A stretch of 64,000 nucleotides of DNA from Syntrophaceae bacterium UBA5744 (GTDB lineage: Bacteria > Desulfobacterota > Syntrophia > Syntrophales > UBA2192): contig DIFQ01000001.1 in NCBI GenBank assembly GCA_002419215.1, positions 53,143 to 117,142 of the forward strand. The letters run 5' to 3'. The notes beneath the pieces are model-generated. The model was not told the origin of the DNA and made no database searches. It saw only the letters and a list, made by a program, of their open reading frames with translations. The stretch's first letter is position 1. Each line of letters starts with the position of its first letter. A program made the position numbers and the translations under genes. Below are positions 29,141-38,885 of the stretch, piece by piece.

Positions 29141-30421
29141 ATGAGATCCACCCGAAGAGGCAATCCCGAAGCGGAGCCGGAAAAAGAGACAACTCCGGAG
29201 CCACCCTCCCCCGGCCGATCCCGGGACGGCGACAACATCTTCAAGACCCTCGCTGAAAAATCCTTTGTCGGGATGTACGTGGCACAGAACGGCCTGTTCG
29301 TCCGCGTCAACCCGATCGTCGCCTGCGTTTCGGGCTACGCAATCGAAGAGCTCGAGGGACGGAGCGCCGACAGCCTCATCCACCCCGAAGACGCAACCCA
29401 CGTCAAGCGAATGGCCCGGGAAATGATCCGGGGAAGACGCACGACGGCTCACGAATTCCGCATCGTCAGCCGCAGGGGGGAAATCCGTTGGGTGATGGAG
29501 GCGGTCACGCCGATCACCTACGCAGGCCGTCCCGCCCTGTTCGGCCACTTCATGGACATCACCGACCGCAAGGGGATGGGAGAAAAACTGCGCGAGTCGG
29601 AAACCCTCTACCGGGCCATTTTCGAAACGACGGGTACGGCCACGATCATCATCGAGGAGGACACAACCGTCGTCCTCGTCAACTCGGAGTTCGAGCGCCT
29701 CTCCGGGGCGCCCAAGGAATACTGGGAGGGAAAACGCAGCTGGCTGGAATTCGCAGCGGAGAGGGAGCGCGACCGGATGCTGCAGTATCACAACCTGAGG
29801 CGATTGGACCCAGGCGCCGCGCCCGGCCGTTACGAATTCCGTTTCGTCAACGTCAAGGGGGAGGTCAAGGACGTGCTCGTCACGATCTCCATGATCCCGG
29901 GGACACGCCGCAGTGTCTCCTCCTACGCCGATATCACCGAGTTGAAGCGCCAGGAGAAAGCCCTGATCGGGCGCGAGCGGGAGATCCAGGCCAAGTCCCG
30001 GAATCTCGAGGAGATGAATACGGCCTTGAAGGTCCTTCTCAAGCAGCGCGAACAGGACCAACAAGACATGGAGGACAAGGTCCTCGCCAACATCAAGCAC
30101 CTCGTGATCCCCTACCTGGGCAAGCTCAGGACGGGACGGCTCGGCGAAAAGGAGCTCTCCTGCGTCAAGGTGCTGGAGTCGAACCTGATGAGCATCATTT
30201 CGCCCTTTTCCCAGCGTCTCTCCTCCAAATTTCTCAACCTCACACCGAAGGAGCTCCAGGTGGCCAATCTCGTCAAGGAGGGCCGGACGAGCAAGGAGAT
30301 CGGCGATCTGCTGGACGTCTCGCCGGCGACGGTCGCCCTCTACCGGAACCGGATCCGGAAAAAGCTCGCCGTCACCGGCAAGAAGGTGAACCTCCGGACG
30401 TACCTCGCCTCCCTGAACTGA
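29141..30421 (+). CDS. PAS-domain LuxR-family transcriptional regulator
   Basis: Two PAS-like segments, a coiled-coil, and a C-terminal GerE/LuxR HTH (LTPKELQVANLVKEGRTSKEIGDLLDVSPATVALYRNRIRKKL). The N-terminal start is uncertain. Confidence 0.75.
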   Translation: MRSTRRGNPEAEPEKETTPEPPSPGRSRDGDNIFKTLAEKSFVGMYVAQNGLFVRVNPIVACVSGYAIEELEGRSADSLIHPEDATHVKRMAREMIRGRRTTAHEFRIVSRRGEIRWVMEAVTPITYAGRPALFGHFMDITDRKGMGEKLRESETLYRAIFETTGTATIIIEEDTTVVLVNSEFERLSGAPKEYWEGKRSWLEFAAERERDRMLQYHNLRRLDPGAAPGRYEFRFVNVKGEVKDVLVTISMIPGTRRSVSSYADITELKRQEKALIGREREIQAKSRNLEEMNTALKVLLKQREQDQQDMEDKVLANIKHLVIPYLGKLRTGRLGEKELSCVKVLESNLMSIISPFSQRLSSKFLNLTPKELQVANLVKEGRTSKEIGDLLDVSPATVALYRNRIRKKLAVTGKKVNLRTYLASLN

Positions 30422-30916
30422 GCATATATTTTTCATATACAGTTTATCTTCATTCTTATCCCATTGCCCTTCCGATTGAGCTGCCTTACACTGGGTCCCG
30501 ACATCGGACGTCAGGCTGCCCACCCGTTCAGAAGGCTCTCCTTCGGCGGCTCCCAAGTCACGAATCGTGACCTTCGGCCTGGCTTCCCGGCGTTGAGTCC
30601 CCACGCCAGGATGTCTAACAACGGAGGTCATCACTCCCATGCTCACGCTTTCCACCAAGGCCGGCATGTTGCCGCCGATCTGATCCCATACCTGCTCTTA
30701 TCCGGTTGACGGTCACTGCGAACGCACCGCCGATGCGATCGCAAGAAGAGCGGTCTTCCGCCAACAGGACGAAACCCGTCTTCACCAGGAACAGACTCGG
30801 GCACGTGCCGAAACGCGCTGCCTTGATGAACCATTTCCGCGGGATGCAGTCATCCCGCTGCCCGACGAAGTCGGGCGACATCTCACACCATCCATTCGAT
30901 TTCGTAAGGAGGTTCT

Positions 30917-32056
30917 ATGCTGAGTTTTCAACTGACCGAGGAACAGGAAGCCATCCGCGAGATGGCGAGGAAATTTGCCGAGCAGGAGATTGCTCCCCAT
31001 GCCATACACTACGACGAGCGGGACGAATTCCCCTGGGAGATCATCAAGAAGCTCCACGAGGTGGGGCTGCTCACTGCGGGGGTTCCCGAGGAATTCGGCG
31101 GGCCCGGGATCGACTACATCGGACAGGCTGTTGTCTGCGAAGAGCTTTCACGGGGAGACGCGGGCGTCGGGACGACGGTGCTGGCCAGCTGCATGCTCGG
31201 CGCCGACCCCGTCGTGATCGGCGGCAACGACGACCAGAAGAAGCGCTTCTTCGACGTTCTGAACAAGGGCGGCCTCGGGGCATTCTGCCTTACCGAACCG
31301 GGCGCGGGATCGGATGCCGCCGGCCTCTCCATGACGGCGAAGCTCGACGGCGACAGCTACATCCTCAACGGCACCAAGCAGTTCATCACCAACGGCGGCG
31401 TTGCGGACTACTACACCGTCTTCGCCACGACGGACAAGAAGCTCAAGCACAAGGGCATCGTGGGGTTCATGGTGGACCGCCACTCGCCGGGGGTGAGCAT
31501 CGGCAAGAAGGAGAACAAGCTCGGCATCCGCACCTCCGACACCGCGCAGGTCGTCTTCGAGGACGTCCGGGTGCCCGTCGCCAACCGCCTCTGGAACGAA
31601 GGCGAGGGCTTCAAGCTCTGCATGTTGACCCTGGACATGTCCCGGCCGTTGATCGCGGCCCTTGCCGTGGGAAACGCCCAGAGCGCCTTCGACTGTGCCC
31701 TGCGTTACGCCAAGGACCGCGTGGCCTTCGGGAAGCCCATCGCCACCCTGCAGGCCATCCAGTTCATGCTCGCCGACATGGCCATGGAGATCGAGGCGGC
31801 CCGCCTGCTTTCCTGGAATGCCTGCTGGCTCAAGATGCAGGGCAAGCCCTTCGGCCTCGCGGCCTCCATGGCGAAGGCCTATGCCGCCGACATGGGGATG
31901 AAGGTCACCACGGATGCCGTCCAGATCCTCGGCGGTTACGGCTACTCGAAGGAATACCCGGCGGAGAAATGCATGCGCGACGCCAAGATCATGCAGATCT
32001 ACGAGGGAACGAGCCAGATCCAGCGCGTCGTCATCGCCGCCAACCTGCTTCGCTAG
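30917..32056 (+). CDS. acyl-CoA dehydrogenase (short/medium-chain type)
   Basis: 379 aa with full-length ACAD similarity ([22 protein letters not shown]). AGGAGG ribosome-binding site. Confidence 0.9.
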   Translation: MLSFQLTEEQEAIREMARKFAEQEIAPHAIHYDERDEFPWEIIKKLHEVGLLTAGVPEEFGGPGIDYIGQAVVCEELSRGDAGVGTTVLASCMLGADPVVIGGNDDQKKRFFDVLNKGGLGAFCLTEPGAGSDAAGLSMTAKLDGDSYILNGTKQFITNGGVADYYTVFATTDKKLKHKGIVGFMVDRHSPGVSIGKKENKLGIRTSDTAQVVFEDVRVPVANRLWNEGEGFKLCMLTLDMSRPLIAALAVGNAQSAFDCALRYAKDRVAFGKPIATLQAIQFMLADMAMEIEAARLLSWNACWLKMQGKPFGLAASMAKAYAADMGMKVTTDAVQILGGYGYSKEYPAEKCMRDAKIMQIYEGTSQIQRVVIAANLLR

Positions 32057-32069
32057 GAGGATTCGATCA

Positions 32070-33440
32070 ATGAGCCATGCCGACGAATACCGGAAAAAGC
32101 GCGTGACGCCGGAAGAGGCCGTGCGGGTTGTCCGTTCGGGGGACTGGGTCGAGTACGGGCAGTTTGCCTTGTCCGCCGTTGTGCTGGACAAGGCGCTGGC
32201 GGCGCGCAGGGACGAGCTTCTCGACGTGAAGATCCGTGCGACGACCCGGGCCATCGGGATCCCCGAGACGGTCAAGGCCGACCCGACGACAGAGCACTTC
32301 GCCTATCACAACGTCCACTTCAGCGGACATGATCGCAAGGCCCACGACCAGGGACTTTGCTGGTTCATCCCCATCCTCTACCACGAAGTGCCGCGCTACT
32401 ACCGCGAAAACTGCGAAGTGGACGTGGCCATGATGCCCGTGTCGCCCATGGACCGCAACGGCTACTTCAATTTCAGCCTCTCGAACTCCCACTCCCGCGC
32501 CATCTGCGACAAGGCCAAGACGCTCATCGTCGAGGTCAACGCCGGACTTCCCGTGTGCCTCGGCGGCCGGGAGGAGAGCGTCCACGTCTCCGAGGTGGAC
32601 CTCATCGTAGAGAGCGACTGGAAGGTGCCGGAGCTTCCCTCCATCGCACCCAGCGAGGTGGACCGCAAGATTGCCTCGCTCATCGTCGACGAGTTGCGGA
32701 ACGACTGCTGCATCCAGCTCGGCATCGGCGGGATGCCAAACGCCGTGGGGTCGATGATCGCGCAGTCGGACCTCAAGAACCTCGGCATCCACACGGAGAT
32801 GTTCTGCGATTCCATGATGGAGATGGCCCTGGCGGGCCGCGTGACGGGCGCCTGCAAGGCAACGGACCGCGGCAAGATCGCCTACACGTTCTGCCTGGGC
32901 TCAAGGGACTGCTACGAGTTCCTGGATCGTAACCCGATGTGCGCTTCCTACCCCGTGGATTACACGAACGACCCCTTCATCATCTCACGCAACGACAACG
33001 TGATCGCCATCAACAACTGCGTGGAAATCGACCTGTTCGGGCAGGTCTGTTCGGAATCGTCGGGGACACGTCAAATCAGCGGTACGGGAGGGCAGGTCGA
33101 TTTCACCTACGGCGCCTACCGTTCGAAGGGAGGAAAGGCTTTCCTCTGCATGAGCTCCACCTTCGAAAAGAAGGGAACGGCTGTCTCACGAATCAAGCCC
33201 CTGCTTTCGGAAGGGGCCATCGTGACGGACCCGAGGGCACTGGTATCCTACGTCGTGACGGAATACGGGATCGTGAATCTCAAAGGCAAGTCGACATGGG
33301 AACGAGCCGAGGCCCTGATCTCGATCGCGCACCCCGACTTCCGCGACGAGCTCGTCCGCGAGGCGGAACGGATGGGAATCTGGAGGCGCTCCAACCGGGC
33401 AAACAGCTCAACGGCCACGGTCGTGGCGTTTCGACGCTGA
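32070..33440 (+). CDS. acetyl-CoA hydrolase/transferase family protein (4-hydroxybutyrate CoA-transferase-like)
   Basis: 456 aa, starting at the ATG at 32070 after AGGAGG. Family I CoA-transferase features ([20 protein letters not shown]). Confidence 0.8.
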   Translation: MSHADEYRKKRVTPEEAVRVVRSGDWVEYGQFALSAVVLDKALAARRDELLDVKIRATTRAIGIPETVKADPTTEHFAYHNVHFSGHDRKAHDQGLCWFIPILYHEVPRYYRENCEVDVAMMPVSPMDRNGYFNFSLSNSHSRAICDKAKTLIVEVNAGLPVCLGGREESVHVSEVDLIVESDWKVPELPSIAPSEVDRKIASLIVDELRNDCCIQLGIGGMPNAVGSMIAQSDLKNLGIHTEMFCDSMMEMALAGRVTGACKATDRGKIAYTFCLGSRDCYEFLDRNPMCASYPVDYTNDPFIISRNDNVIAINNCVEIDLFGQVCSESSGTRQISGTGGQVDFTYGAYRSKGGKAFLCMSSTFEKKGTAVSRIKPLLSEGAIVTDPRALVSYVVTEYGIVNLKGKSTWERAEALISIAHPDFRDELVREAERMGIWRRSNRANSSTATVVAFRR

Positions 33441-33703
33441 CCCTCCCGGCTACGGCCCGCTGAAGCTTCCGCCCGTTGCGACGGGGGCATCGGGAGCGTC
33501 ACCTCTCCTCTCGAGAGGGTCGGCGTTTCGTCAGGACACCCGCGTCTCTTTTCGGACGGGACCCCATATCCCTCCGTCCTGCCGAAAAGGGATGCGGCCG
33601 TCCCTGTCCGGACCGCACGGCGAGCGGCGCGACATGGGCAGCGGTATGGGTTTCAGCGATGGGGCGGGCCGGGTGCCCGCCCCTCCCAACCGCACGCGTC
33701 GGA

Positions 33704-34081
33704 TCACGCCCCGCAGATCACGGAAATCTCGATGGCGGCATCGCGGGGGAGCTTGGCCACCTGGACGGTCTCCCGGGCGGGGGGCGCCTCCGCGAAATAC
33801 CGGCCGTAAATTTCGTTGAATGCCGCAAAATCGTTCATGTCCCTCAGGAATACCGTCGACTTGAGCACGTTTTGGAGGCTCATCCCGGCCTCCTCGACGA
33901 TGGCCTTCAGGTTTTCCAGAACCTGGACGGCCTGCGCCTCGATGCCGGCACCGGCAAATTCTCCCGTTTTCGGATTCATTCCGAGCGTACCCGACACGAA
34001 CAGAAGGTCTCCGAATCTCACGGCCTGGGAATAAGGCCCGATCGCCTTGGGCGCACCCGCCGTGTTGATGATCGTCTTCAT
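33704..34081 (-). CDS. ridA: RidA family reactive-intermediate deaminase
   Basis: APKAIGPYSQAV...LFVSGTLG... 125 aa. Confidence 0.9.
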   Translation of the reverse strand: MKTIINTAGAPKAIGPYSQAVRFGDLLFVSGTLGMNPKTGEFAGAGIEAQAVQVLENLKAIVEEAGMSLQNVLKSTVFLRDMNDFAAFNEIYGRYFAEAPPARETVQVAKLPRDAAIEISVICGA

Positions 34082-34185
34082 GCCGATCCCCCTTTCCCCT
34101 GGATGGATTATGGATCGGGATCATACCACGGATGGCCCGGACGACAAGCGAAAACTCGGTTCACGGGATCGGGTTTACTTTTCAG

Positions 34186-34214
34186 TTGACACCCCACGCC
34201 TTTCCCTATAGAAA
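34186..34214 (+). promoter_or_regulatory. possible sigma-70 promoter for the LIV-type transporter operon
   Basis: TTGACA, then TATAGA at 15-nt spacing or TAGAAA at 17-nt spacing. Confidence 0.4.
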
Positions 34215-34244
34215 AACGGTGATTTAAACGCTGGAGGGCCAAAC

Positions 34245-35363
34245 ATGAAAAAGCTTGCCGTGCTCGTTGCCGTCGTTGCAATGTTCGCATTTCTCGCAGT
34301 CCCGACCGCGCGGGCTGCCGAACCCATCAAGATCGGGGCCGCCTTCGCCCTTTCCGGAAGCATTGCCGTCTATGGCGAAGGATTCAAGAAGTGCATCGAT
34401 CTTGCCGTCGAGGAGATCAACGCGAGGGGCGGCATCAAGGGAAGGAAGATCGAGATCGTCTACGAGGACAACAAGAGCAACCCCAAGGACTGCGTCACCG
34501 CCGTTCGCAAGTTGATCACCGTCGACAAGGTCCCCGTGATCTTCGGACCGGCCGGCAGCTCCAACTTCATGGCCACGGCCCCCGTGGCCCAGGAAAACAA
34601 GGTGGTCCTGATGTCGGCCCAGGGCGCGGCGGTCGGCTTGACCAAGGCCGGGGATTACATCTTCCGGGTCTTTCCCTCTGACACCCTCCAGGGCCCACAC
34701 CTGGCAAAGCTCGCAATCGGCAAGGGATACAAAAAGGTCCCCGTCATGTACATCAACAACGACTGGGGCCTGGGATTGAAGAACGCCTTCGTCGATGCCT
34801 ACAAGAAGATGGGCGGCACCGTAACGGACCTCATCGCCTACGACGAAAAGAAGACGGACTACCGCACCGAGCTTCTGCGCGCGAGCAAGGGTGCGCCCCC
34901 GGCCATCGTCAACCTGACCTACATCAATGAGGGCGCCGTGCAGTTCAAGCAGGCCTTCGAGATGGGAATCAAGACCCAGTGGCTCTGCGGATCGGCCGCC
35001 AGGGCGCCCAAGATGGTGGAGCTGGCCGGTAAGGCCGCAGAAGGGGTCATGGGCACCTACCCCTCGGTCCCGCAGAACACGAAGGCCTACAAAACCTTCA
35101 AGGAAGCCTACAAGAAGAAGTACGGAGATGACAAGATCCCCATCTTCGGCGACTACAACTACGACATGGTCTATGTCGCGGCCAGGGCCATCGAGCGGGG
35201 CGGAACCACCGCCGACGGGATCCGCAAGGCCCTGCCCGCCGCCGCAAAGGGGTTCAAGGGGGTCACGGGCGACAAGTCCTTCGACAACGAACGAAGCCCG
35301 AAGTTCGCCGAGTACGGGATCTGGATCGTGAAGGACGGCAAGATCGAGGACTACAAGAAATAA
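34245..35363 (+). CDS. ABC transporter substrate-binding protein (branched-chain amino acid, LivK-like)
   Basis: Signal peptide plus type I periplasmic binding fold. Followed by livHMGF-type genes. Confidence 0.85.
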   Translation: MKKLAVLVAVVAMFAFLAVPTARAAEPIKIGAAFALSGSIAVYGEGFKKCIDLAVEEINARGGIKGRKIEIVYEDNKSNPKDCVTAVRKLITVDKVPVIFGPAGSSNFMATAPVAQENKVVLMSAQGAAVGLTKAGDYIFRVFPSDTLQGPHLAKLAIGKGYKKVPVMYINNDWGLGLKNAFVDAYKKMGGTVTDLIAYDEKKTDYRTELLRASKGAPPAIVNLTYINEGAVQFKQAFEMGIKTQWLCGSAARAPKMVELAGKAAEGVMGTYPSVPQNTKAYKTFKEAYKKKYGDDKIPIFGDYNYDMVYVAARAIERGGTTADGIRKALPAAAKGFKGVTGDKSFDNERSPKFAEYGIWIVKDGKIEDYKK

Positions 35364-35438
35364 CCGACAGGCAGACCATCATCGGATCGCGCTGGAAGGT
35401 TCCGGCCGTCACTTCGGCCGGAACCTCCTTTTTTTCGT

Positions 35439-36314
35439 ATGGATTCCATCAGCTACTACCTTCAGACCGTTCTCAACGGCATCCTCGCGGGTTGCATCTA
35501 CGCCCTGTTCGCCATGGGGCTCACCCTCATCTACGGCGTGCTCAACTTCGTGAACTTCGCCCATGGCGAGCTGATCATGTGGGGGGCCTACTTCCTTTTC
35601 CTCTTCATGGGAGAGCCTTTCGGACTGCCCCTCTATGTTGCGGTCTTCCCGGCCCTGGCCCTGACGGGGTGCCTCGGCCTTGCCATGGACTACTCCGTGT
35701 TCCGCCCCATCCGCAGGGCGAATCGCCTGACGCTCCTCATCGCCGCCATGGGTCTTTCCGTTTTCCTTCGCAACGCCGCCCAGTTCTTCTGGGGCGCCGA
35801 GGTGCGGACCTACGGGTTTGAAGTCAAGGCGGGAACGCAGTTTCTCGGCCTCTACCTCACGACGCAGCAGTTCGCCATCATCGGCGTGACGATCCTGTGC
35901 GTCATCGCGGTCTATCTTCTCTTTTTCAAGTCGCGGCTCGGCAAGTCGATGCGGGCCCTGTCGGACAACCTCGACCTGGCGCGGATCTCGGGGATCGACA
36001 CGAAGCGGGCAATCCTCGCCGCATGGGTCATCTCGGCTGTTCTGGCCGCCATCGGCGGCATCCTGCTCGCCCTCGACACGAACCTCCACCCCGAGATGGG
36101 CATCGCCAACCTCATCAAGGCCTTCGCCGCCACCCTCATCGGCGGCGTGGGAAATCTCTGGGGGGCTCTGCTGGGGGGGCTTCTCATCGGGCTGGCGGAA
36201 AACATCGGCGTGCTCTTCATCTCGCCGGGCTACAAGGACGGGATCGCCTTCGTGATCATGGTGCTGATCCTCCTGGCCCGTCCCTACGTCATCATCGGCG
36301 AAAGGAGCGACTGA
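35439..36314 (+). CDS. livH: branched-chain amino acid ABC transporter permease (LivH-type)
   Basis: 291-aa polytopic membrane protein with LNFVNFAHGEL and the typical LivH C-terminus. Confidence 0.85.
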   Translation: MDSISYYLQTVLNGILAGCIYALFAMGLTLIYGVLNFVNFAHGELIMWGAYFLFLFMGEPFGLPLYVAVFPALALTGCLGLAMDYSVFRPIRRANRLTLLIAAMGLSVFLRNAAQFFWGAEVRTYGFEVKAGTQFLGLYLTTQQFAIIGVTILCVIAVYLLFFKSRLGKSMRALSDNLDLARISGIDTKRAILAAWVISAVLAAIGGILLALDTNLHPEMGIANLIKAFAATLIGGVGNLWGALLGGLLIGLAENIGVLFISPGYKDGIAFVIMVLILLARPYVIIGERSD

Positions 36315-37192
36315 TGGACCTGCTCCTTCACCTCTGCGTCGTTATCGCCATCTACGCCATCTTCGCGCTGAGCCTGAATGTCGAGGTGGGCTACACGGGG
36401 CTCTTCAACTTCGGTCACGTGGCTTTCTTCGGCATCGGCGCCTACACGTCGGCGCTGCTGACGCTTGCGGGCATCCCGTTTATCTGGAGCCTTCCGGCGG
36501 CCCTGTTCATGGCAGGCCTGTGCGGGTTTCTCCTCAGCATCCCGGCCCTCAAGCTCCAGGGCGACTACTTCGGGATCGCGACACTGGGCTTCGGGGAGAT
36601 CCTCCGGATGATCGTCAACAATGAAGTCTGGCTCACCAAGGGACCCATGGGGCTTCCCGGGATCCCGAGGCCCGAGTTGTTCGGTATCGTCTTCGACAGC
36701 CTGCCCCGGTACCTGGTCCTCTCGTCGGGCTTTGCCCTGTTAACCTTTTCCATCCTGGCGTTCGTCGTCCTCAGCCCGTTCGGCAGGGCCCTGAAGGCCG
36801 TGCGGGACGACGAAACGGCGGCGGAGATCCTCGGCAAGAACGCCTACCGCTTCAAGATCAAGTCCTTCGCGATCGGATCCGTCTTTGCGGGTCTCGCGGG
36901 CGTGCTCTGGGCCCACTACACGACCTTCATCGGCCCCGGTGATTTCACGCTGACCGAGACGATCCTCGTGCTGCTCATCGTGGTCATGGGCGGAAAGGGC
37001 ACCTTCCTGGGCCCCGTGGCGGGGGCCGTGGTTCTCATCGTATTCCAGGAGTCGGTCCGTTTTCTGCGGCTCCCGCCCGAGTGGACACGACTGCTGGGTC
37101 CTCTGCAGCAGATGATCTTCGGGCTGCTGCTCGTCGTCCTCATGGTCTTTCGCCCCGAGGGGATCATCCGCGAAAAAGGGGCAAAGCGATGA
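36314..37192 (+). CDS. livM: branched-chain amino acid ABC transporter permease (LivM-type)
   Basis: Starts at the ATG at 36314, overlapping the livH stop (TGATG). GYTGLFNFGHVAFFGIGAY motif. Confidence 0.85.
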   Translation: MDLLLHLCVVIAIYAIFALSLNVEVGYTGLFNFGHVAFFGIGAYTSALLTLAGIPFIWSLPAALFMAGLCGFLLSIPALKLQGDYFGIATLGFGEILRMIVNNEVWLTKGPMGLPGIPRPELFGIVFDSLPRYLVLSSGFALLTFSILAFVVLSPFGRALKAVRDDETAAEILGKNAYRFKIKSFAIGSVFAGLAGVLWAHYTTFIGPGDFTLTETILVLLIVVMGGKGTFLGPVAGAVVLIVFQESVRFLRLPPEWTRLLGPLQQMIFGLLLVVLMVFRPEGIIREKGAKR

Positions 37193-37938
37193 TCGAGATC
37201 CGAAACGTGACGAAGGCCTTCGGCGGCACGCGCGCCGTCTCCGACTGCTCGATCAGCCTCGACGGCCTCGCGATCTCCGGACTCATCGGGCCCAACGGCA
37301 GCGGCAAGACAACCCTCTTCAACCTCATCACGGGTCTCCTCAAACCCGACAGCGGGGAAATCCGTTTCCTGGGAAACCGGATCGACGGCCGCCTGCCCCA
37401 TGAGATGGCGGCCCTGGGCCTCATCCGCACCTTTCAGCTCTCTCGTGTCTTCCCCCGGATGACGGTGCTGGATAACATGCTGCTCGCCCCCCAGGACCAG
37501 ACGGGGGAGAGCTTCCTTTCCCTGTGGACCCGCCTGCCGCGAATCCGGAAGGAGGAATCGGAAAACCGGGAACGGGCCGTCGAACTTCTCGATCTGCTGG
37601 GTCTCACCCGGCTCCACGACCAGTTCGCCGAGAACCTCTCCTACGGGCAGCAGAAGCTCCTGGAGCTGGGCCGGGCCCTCATGGCGAAACCGAAGATGAT
37701 TCTCCTGGACGAGCCCACGGCGGGGATCAACCCCACTCTCATCCGGACAATGATCGAGATGATCCTCGCGATGAGGGAGCGCGGCCAGACGTTTTTCATC
37801 ATCGAACACAACATGGACGTGGTCATCGAGGTCTGCGAGAAGGTCTTCGTCCTCGACCACGGCGAGAAGATCGCCGAGGGACGGCCGGAGGAAATCCAGA
37901 AAGACCCCCGCGTGATCGAGGCCTACCTGGGACTATGA
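37189..37938 (+). CDS. livG: ABC transporter ATP-binding protein (LivG-type)
   Basis: Walker A GPNGSGKTT, signature LSYGQQK, Walker B ILLDEP. ATGA overlap with livM. Confidence 0.9.
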   Translation: MIEIRNVTKAFGGTRAVSDCSISLDGLAISGLIGPNGSGKTTLFNLITGLLKPDSGEIRFLGNRIDGRLPHEMAALGLIRTFQLSRVFPRMTVLDNMLLAPQDQTGESFLSLWTRLPRIRKEESENRERAVELLDLLGLTRLHDQFAENLSYGQQKLLELGRALMAKPKMILLDEPTAGINPTLIRTMIEMILAMRERGQTFFIIEHNMDVVIEVCEKVFVLDHGEKIAEGRPEEIQKDPRVIEAYLGL

Positions 37939-38642
37939 GACTCGAAGCGAAAGACATCTACGCAGGCTACGGCAAGATCGAGGTCCTGCATGGCGCATCC
38001 ATCCGTGCGGCCGAGCGAGAGATCATCTGCATCATCGGCCCCAACGGCTCGGGGAAGTCCACCCTGCTGAAAGCGGTCTTCGGCCTCCTGAAGCCGACGA
38101 AGGGCACGGTGAGCTTCGACGGGAAGGACATCACGCGGCTCGAACCCGAGCAGAAGGTTCGCCTCGGGATCGCTTTCATCCCCCAGGGCCGGAACGTGTT
38201 CCCGTCTCTCACGGTCCGTGAGAACCTCGAGATGGGCGGCACGGTCCTCGGCGATGCAAAAGCCGTACAGCTGGCGATCGAGGAAGCCCTCGATTCGTAC
38301 CCCCTGCTGAGCCGGAAAATCCGGGACCGGGCGGGAAACCTCTCGGGGGGCGAAAAGCAGATCCTCTCCCTGGCGCGGGCTGACATGGTGAAGCCCGGCC
38401 TTATCCTCATGGACGAGCCCTCCATCGGTCTCTCCCCGAGAATGATCGACGAGGTCTACTCGAAGATCACGGAGATCAACCGCCGGGGCACCACCTTTGC
38501 CATCGTCGAGCAGAACGCCCGGAAGGCCCTCTCGATCGCCCATCGGGGCTACGTGCTGGACCTGGGGCAGACGCGCCTGGAGGACACGGGGGCGGAACTT
38601 CTGAACAACGAGGAAGTCAAGAAACTCTACCTCGGCGGCTGA
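37935..38642 (+). CDS. livF: ABC transporter ATP-binding protein (LivF-type)
   Basis: Walker A GPNGSGKST, signature LSGGEKQ, Walker B ILMDEP. ATGA overlap with livG. Confidence 0.9.
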   Translation: MRLEAKDIYAGYGKIEVLHGASIRAAEREIICIIGPNGSGKSTLLKAVFGLLKPTKGTVSFDGKDITRLEPEQKVRLGIAFIPQGRNVFPSLTVRENLEMGGTVLGDAKAVQLAIEEALDSYPLLSRKIRDRAGNLSGGEKQILSLARADMVKPGLILMDEPSIGLSPRMIDEVYSKITEINRRGTTFAIVEQNARKALSIAHRGYVLDLGQTRLEDTGAELLNNEEVKKLYLGG

Positions 38643-38680
38643 CGCCGCCGGGCATCGGGCATCCGGCTTCAGGCACCCGG
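38643..38680 (+). repeat. degenerate heptad array (GGGCATC type) just after the livF stop
   Basis: TGA-CGCCGCC-GGGCATCGGGCATCCGGCTTCAGGCACCCGG. G-runs occur about every 7 nt, but only two are full G3 tracts. Confidence 0.4.
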
Positions 38681-38723
38681 CCCATCCAACACCAACCCCA
38701 CGCACACCCCTCTATTACAGCGC

Positions 38724-38752
38724 TTTCCAACTGCCCGCTAACATGCTATAAA
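38724..38752 (+). promoter_or_regulatory. extended -10 promoter for the hemerythrin-like gene
   Basis: TTTCCA-N17-TATAAA, with TGC immediately upstream of the -10 (TGnTATAAA). Confidence 0.45.
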
Positions 38753-38819
38753 TGGCCATTGCGAACGTAAATCAATCATCCGCATGAACATCGACTGAAC
38801 GCATCGCTCTCTCTTCTCC

Positions 38820-38865
38820 AGACGAAACAGACCAAATAGACAAGACCAGATAGACCCAACAGACC
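38820..38865 (+). repeat. AGAC(C) short-period array in the hemerythrin gene leader
   Basis: AGACGAAAC AGACCAAAT AGACA AGACC AGAT AGACCCAAC AGACC. Six AGAC words, mostly 9 nt apart, lying 20-65 nt upstream of the ATG. Confidence 0.7.
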
Positions 38866-38885
38866 ATTCTACGGGAGGATCGAGC

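Noticed and set aside
29009-30667. 552-aa minus-strand ORF
   Set aside because: It is antisense to the well-supported PAS-LuxR gene and has no domain signatures.
30799-30808. GGCACGTGCC as a sigma-54 -24 box upstream of the ACAD gene
   Set aside because: No GC dinucleotide occurs at the required +12 position. It is kept only as a palindrome in the finding for that region.
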